Source of the DNA: an uncultured Clostridia bacterium
GTDB taxonomy: Bacteria > Bacillota > Clostridia > TANB77 > CAG-465
Reading direction: 5' to 3'
Length of the DNA: 64,000 nucleotides
Assembly (NCBI GenBank): GCA_934149365.1
Contig: CAKPEI010000002.1
Coordinates: 139,767 to 203,766 of the forward strand
Part shown: piece after piece, positions 60,000 to 64,000 of the stretch
Layout of the letters: each line of letters starts with the position of its first letter
Position numbering within the stretch: the stretch's first letter is position 1
Notes under the pieces: generated by a model
Seen by the model: only the letters and a program-made list of their open reading frames with translations
Databases searched by the model: none
Told to the model about the DNA's origin: nothing
Position numbers and translations under genes: made by a program

Positions 60000-60439
60000 A
60001 AATGTGCTACAGTTACTCCAAGGCCACCTTCATGATACATACCAAGAGAGTATGAAGAAACAAAAGGTGAGTTATCTAAATATTCATGAACAGCTTTCCT
60101 TAAAATTCCACCACTTCTTCCATGAATTATTTTAACTCTTGGAAGATTTGCACAAATAGCTGTATCTATGAATTTATCAAGTTCATACATAGCCTCTTCT
60201 TTAGTTTTATGCCTTAGCATAATTTCAGAAGGCACGTCAGCGCTTCTATTTATATTCAAATTTATAGAAGTGTCAGTTACTGGAATATAATCATTTAATA
60301 GCACTATGTTATTTATATCTGTAACCATTTTTTTATTATTCATTTCTAAATACACTTTATTTTTATCCACTTTATATATTTTCCAAATAAGTTTAGAACC
60401 TTTTAAAGTGCAGTAGCTGTTTTCCATTATTATCACCAT
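59984..60439 (-). CDS. Smr-domain protein
   Basis: The C-terminal half matches the Smr nicking-endonuclease domain (...LDKFIDTAICANLPRVKIIHGRSGGILRKAVHEYL). Confidence 0.6.
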   Translation of the reverse strand: MVIIMENSYCTLKGSKLIWKIYKVDKNKVYLEMNNKKMVTDINNIVLLNDYIPVTDTSINLNINRSADVPSEIMLRHKTKEEAMYELDKFIDTAICANLPRVKIIHGRSGGILRKAVHEYLDNSPFVSSYSLGMYHEGGLGVTVAHLKKYN

Positions 60440-60522
60440 AGTTATTATATCAGAAAAATATGGAAAGTTAAAGAAGAATGTGTTACAGAAAAATTACAAA
60501 TAAATAAATAATACCAAAAGTG

Positions 60523-60551
60523 TTGAAAAAAGAAATAATATATAGTAATAT
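60523..60551 (+). promoter_or_regulatory. promoter of leader L4 (TTGAAA-N17-TAATAT)
   Basis: Same architecture as the L1 and L2 promoters. Confidence 0.4.
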
Positions 60552-60592
60552 AAAAAGGTAAGAGAAAGAATAAAAAGAAAAGAGGTGAAAAT

Positions 60593-60655
60593 ATGTTAAC
60601 TAAAGAGCATGCAAACGGTATAACTCTAGAGAGAGCATACAATTTAAGAATATAG
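60593..60655 (+). CDS. leader peptide ORF L4 (20 aa, MLTKEHANGITLERAYNLRI) with a short (GA)3 tract
   Basis: GAGGTG ribosome-binding site. MLTK...TLER is conserved with L1 and L2. The alternative frame (minus 2 nt in the GA tract) extends to a TAA at about 60733, in the terminator loop. Confidence 0.4.
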   Translation: MLTKEHANGITLERAYNLRI

Positions 60656-60716
60656 CTACAAAAGTAGCTGCGTTTTGCGTGCAGAAAATAAAAGAATATA
60701 GTAAAGTAAAAAAAGA

Positions 60717-60756
60717 AGTTAGTTATACAGAGTAAAATGTATAGCTAGCTTTTTTG
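60717..60756 (+). terminator. intrinsic terminator/attenuator of leader L4
   Basis: AGTTAGTTATAC-agagtaaaat-GTATAGCTAGCT followed by TTTTTT. Confidence 0.55.
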
Positions 60757-60953
60757 CGTCTAAATAAAAAGAAAAGCAAAAATTAATTAAGGTATAATCA
60801 TGATAGTAAATCATGTAAATATACACAGCCATATATACATAAAAAACATAACCAAAAATACATAAAAGCAATTAAAAACAATTGCAAAATTTAAAGTAAT
60901 GTGAAATAATATGTATATATAAAAATTGTTCTAAGAAAATGGAGGAAAAAAGT

Positions 60954-62132
60954 ATGAGAACAAAAGTTAAACTAAAAGGCGGAATATCATTAATAGTATT
61001 AGTAATAACAATAATAGTAATGATAATATTAGCCGCAGCAATAATTTTGTCACTATCAAATAGTGGAATAATAGGGAAGGCAAATAAAGCAAAGACAGAT
61101 AGTGATACAGCAAATTTAAAAGAGTATGTAAATACCCTAAGAGCAGAATGGGAGTTAATGACAGCAGATGAGCAAACAGCAGAAGGTTCATTTGAAGCGT
61201 ATGCAAACAAAAAGCTAGAAAAGAGTGGCTACAAAGGAGCAGTAGGAGCAGATGGAGAAGTATATTCAAACTTAAATGAAAATGCAAGAAAAGCAATAGT
61301 AGCGGGAATAAAGGTAGGAGATGTAGTAACAGGATATACAGTAACATCGACTACATATACAACAGACGGAAGAGAGAATACATGTGACCAAAATAGCCAC
61401 ACAGAAACCAATCCACAACCACAAACCATAACAACAAATACAGATATAACATGGAAATACTTAGGAACAAATGCAAATGGAGAGCTAGAAATAATGGCAG
61501 ATTTATCAACGGCAAATGCAGTAGCAACAAATACAAAAGTAACGTTAGGAGGAAAAGGTGGATACCTAAATGGACCTGCAATGTTAAACACAATATGTGA
61601 AAAGCTATATTCAAAAGAAGGAGTAGGAACAGCAAGAAGTATGAATATAGATGATGTAAATAATATATTAGGATATACAGGACCAAAAGGAACATATTAC
61701 GATAATAATAATAATGAAGTAAAAACACCAACAGCATTAACAATAGGAGAAATAGAAAGTAAACTGGGAACGACATTAGGAAATGGAACAACACCAGATG
61801 GAAAAGACTTAGGAACATATTATGCAGATTATTACTATATAAATAAAACAAGTGATGTAAAAGAGATGGAAAATCCGGGTAATATAGATTTAGTATACAA
61901 TGCTAAAAATACGTACTGGCTTGCTTCTCCATGTGTCAGTATGGCTTTTGGTCTCAGCGATGCAAACTTCCTTGTACGCTGCGTTGGCTCTGCTGGCGTG
62001 GACGCGAGCGGTGCGTTCGGTTCGAATGTCTACTCTAGCATCTATGCGTATGCGGTTCGCCCCGTAGTTTCTCTAAAATCTAATATCCAGTTAACACGAG
62101 ATGCTGGGGAAACAGAATGGAAAATAAAGTAG
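60954..62132 (+). CDS. prepilin-like N-terminus protein, paralog 4 (MRTKVKLKGG|ISLIVLVITIIVMIILAAAIILSLSNSGIIGKA...; C-terminal YWLASP...AVRPVVSLKSNIQ)
   Basis: ATG after a GGAGG site; the ORF-track start 60939 lies inside the ribosome-binding site. The N-terminal ~110 aa and C-terminal ~130 aa are paralogous to the gene at 35486, with a divergent Thr/Asn-rich middle. Confidence 0.6.
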   Translation: MRTKVKLKGGISLIVLVITIIVMIILAAAIILSLSNSGIIGKANKAKTDSDTANLKEYVNTLRAEWELMTADEQTAEGSFEAYANKKLEKSGYKGAVGADGEVYSNLNENARKAIVAGIKVGDVVTGYTVTSTTYTTDGRENTCDQNSHTETNPQPQTITTNTDITWKYLGTNANGELEIMADLSTANAVATNTKVTLGGKGGYLNGPAMLNTICEKLYSKEGVGTARSMNIDDVNNILGYTGPKGTYYDNNNNEVKTPTALTIGEIESKLGTTLGNGTTPDGKDLGTYYADYYYINKTSDVKEMENPGNIDLVYNAKNTYWLASPCVSMAFGLSDANFLVRCVGSAGVDASGAFGSNVYSSIYAYAVRPVVSLKSNIQLTRDAGETEWKIK

Positions 62133-62385
62133 GCACAAAACTAGGAAAAATGGGAAGTGCGTAAACATGGGAAGATATGAAATTAACATAAAATGCACAG
62201 TGTAAGTAGGAACAAAACATAAAAAATAGGCGCTTCCAAAAGTAAGTGCATGCCACATATGTATACATAAAAGTATTAAATGCAGATGTTTTAGTTGACA
62301 TATTTATATATTTAGTCATGTAGACAAGCTCTTTCGTCTATGTGGCTATTTTTGTTTGTGATATATATTTTATGTAATGTATGTG

Positions 62386-62414
62386 TTGAAAAAGTATACA
62401 TAATATGGTAAAAT
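62386..62414 (+). promoter_or_regulatory. sigma-A-type promoter (TTGAAA-N17-TAAAAT) upstream of the 62471 gene
   Basis: Consensus-like hexamers with a 17-nt spacer. Confidence 0.35.
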
Positions 62415-62470
62415 TATATTGTTAGGAATTTTGTATATATTAATTAATATGGATATATAGGAGGTTTAAA

Positions 62471-63247
62471 ATGAAATCAAAAGCTAAAAAAATTGATACA
62501 ACATTTCTTACTCCATTAGAGGTGTATAGTCTTGTTGTAAATGGAGATTTAAAAAAATTTCCAAATGGGTATATTACAAAAGAAAGTATGAAAGAAATTC
62601 TTCGGCAAGTTATTTTAGAAAAACTTCATATGTCGCGGGAGGAAATATGTCATACTATATCTTATCCATATCTTCGGAAGTATAAGTTAGGAGGTACAAG
62701 AAGGGCTTTTAATTCTTCCATTTTTTCATTGATAACTTATTGTTTTCCTGAGTTTGATATCAATTATTGGGAATTAAATAAAGTTGAGAATGGTTTCTGG
62801 GAGAAAGAGGAAAACAGAAAAGATTTCATGACATGGCTTGCTGAAAAAGAAGGCATTTGCCTAGATTCTATTCCTGATTTAACTAAAATCGATGCCAAAT
62901 TAATTCAAAAATATGGTGGAAGTAAAGCCATAAAGTATGGTGGAGGCGTATATGAATTAATAAAACTTGTGGCAATGGTGGATGTTAAAGAATGGCAAGT
63001 TATTAAAATGCCTGTTTGGACAGAAGAAAAGGTAAAGAACGCAGTGAAATGGCTTGTAGAAGAAAGGCTTAAGTGGACAAAAGAACAAGTTGTAGATGGT
63101 ATAAGTGCAAATGTTTTTTATGATAATGATTTAGGCGGTATGCTAAAACGTTATTGTAATCATAGTCCATTAAGAGCGCTTCAAATTGCTTATCCAGGTG
63201 AGTATACTAAGGTAAGAAATTCAAGGCCAGAATATCTAAGGCATTAG
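62471..63247 (+). CDS. hypothetical protein (258 aa)
   Basis: ORF with an AGGAGG ribosome-binding site; no recognised motif. Confidence 0.4.
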   Translation: MKSKAKKIDTTFLTPLEVYSLVVNGDLKKFPNGYITKESMKEILRQVILEKLHMSREEICHTISYPYLRKYKLGGTRRAFNSSIFSLITYCFPEFDINYWELNKVENGFWEKEENRKDFMTWLAEKEGICLDSIPDLTKIDAKLIQKYGGSKAIKYGGGVYELIKLVAMVDVKEWQVIKMPVWTEEKVKNAVKWLVEERLKWTKEQVVDGISANVFYDNDLGGMLKRYCNHSPLRALQIAYPGEYTKVRNSRPEYLRH

Positions 63248-63353
63248 TTTAAAATAAGTGGTAACTATATAAATTATGGTTATCACTTGTTTTTTTATAT
63301 AGCTATCGACTTTTAATCTGATATATGTTAAAATTTATTCATGGTAGGAAGGA

Positions 63354-64000
63354 ATGACAGTATTGATAAACAAGGATAATATTAGAAATTTTAGTATAAT
63401 AGCTCATATTGATCATGGGAAATCTACACTTGCAGATAGACTATTAGAACTTACTAAAACAGTCGAAGTAAGGGACTTAAAAGAACAAGTACTAGATAAC
63501 ATGGATATAGAGCGTGAAAGAGGAATAACAATAAAATCACAAGCAGTAAGAATGAAATATACTGCAAAAGACGGAGAAGAATATATCTTAAATCTGATAG
63601 ATACACCGGGACATGTTGATTTTAATTACGAAGTATCAAGAAGTTTAGCAGCTTGTGAAGGTGCTATACTTGTGGTAGATGCAGCTCAAGGTGTAGAAGC
63701 TCAAACTTTAGCAAATGTTTATTTGGCTTTAGAGAATAATCTAGAAATTATACCAGTTATAAATAAAATAGACTTACCTGCCGCAAGACCTGATGAAGTA
63801 AAAGAAGAAATAGAAAATATTATTGGAATAGAAGCAATGGATGCTCCTTGTATTTCTGCTAAAACAGGATTAAATGTAGAAGCTGTATTAGAGGAAATAG
63901 TAAATAAAGTGCCAGCACCTAAAGGAGATAGTAATTTACCCCTTAAAGCTTTAATATTTGATTCTATATATGATAATTATAAAGGGGCTGTGGCTCACAT
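63354..64000 (+). CDS. lepA: elongation factor 4 (LepA), 3'-truncated at the window end
   Basis: [32 protein letters not shown]...DTPGHVDF...NKIDLP: the translational GTPase G1-G4 motifs and LepA N-terminus. Not in the ORF track because there is no stop codon inside the window. Confidence 0.9.
   Translation, partial: MTVLINKDNIRNFSIIAHIDHGKSTLADRLLELTKTVEVRDLKEQVLDNMDIERERGITIKSQAVRMKYTAKDGEEYILNLIDTPGHVDFNYEVSRSLAACEGAILVVDAAQGVEAQTLANVYLALENNLEIIPVINKIDLPAARPDEVKEEIENIIGIEAMDAPCISAKTGLNVEAVLEEIVNKVPAPKGDSNLPLKALIFDSIYDNYKGAVAH

Noticed and set aside
60617-60728. A possible antiterminator pairing between GTATAACT in the L4 leader ORF and AGTTATAC in the terminator 5' arm
   Set aside because: The complementary segment is not conserved in L1, L2 or L3, so it is probably fortuitous.

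Overview
This 64 kb window is low-GC (~28-30%) Firmicute chromosome, most likely Clostridium-type. Sporulation genes and anaerobic fermentation genes are interleaved with housekeeping genes: pro-sigma-K (sigK), rny-ymdB-spoVS, gpr, holA, trmFO, smc, tex, tdk, maf, rpsO, topB, fba, adhE, pflB-pflA, a zur-znuACB operon, a P-type Ca2+-ATPase, a CaCA exchanger, a 5' ThiF-family fragment and the 5' part of lepA. There are seven tRNAs: Thr(GGT), Gly(TCC), and a Val-Asp-Phe-Gly-Cys cluster. I found no transposase, integrase or CRISPR array.

The most interesting signal is a four-fold repeated regulatory module with no obvious precedent. Four paralogous genes encode proteins with a prepilin-like N-terminus (basic residues, K-G, then a ~25-residue hydrophobic helix) and divergent C-termini. 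Each gene is preceded by its own TTGAAA/TTGACA-N17-TAnAAT promoter, a short leader ORF beginning M-L/S-T-K/R with an ET-x-x-(L)ER motif, and a conserved small hairpin whose stem has changed by compensatory substitution. A palindromic TTTGCnnGCAA box and a strong intrinsic terminator follow, immediately upstream of the gene's start codon.

In two leaders the ER-coding position has expanded into a dinucleotide microsatellite, (GA)16 and (AC)15. The tract length sets the leader peptide's reading frame. In the present copy number the peptide stops just after the repeat. With one repeat unit more or fewer, it runs about 30 codons further and stops inside the terminator hairpin. The third leader, which has no microsatellite, is already fixed in that long frame. 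This suggests a slipped-strand-mispairing, translation-coupled attenuator giving ON/OFF phase variation of this surface-protein family. One paralog also carries an apparent frameshift in an A6 tract at its start.

Coordinates I read by hand from the sequence may be off by 1-2 nt in places.
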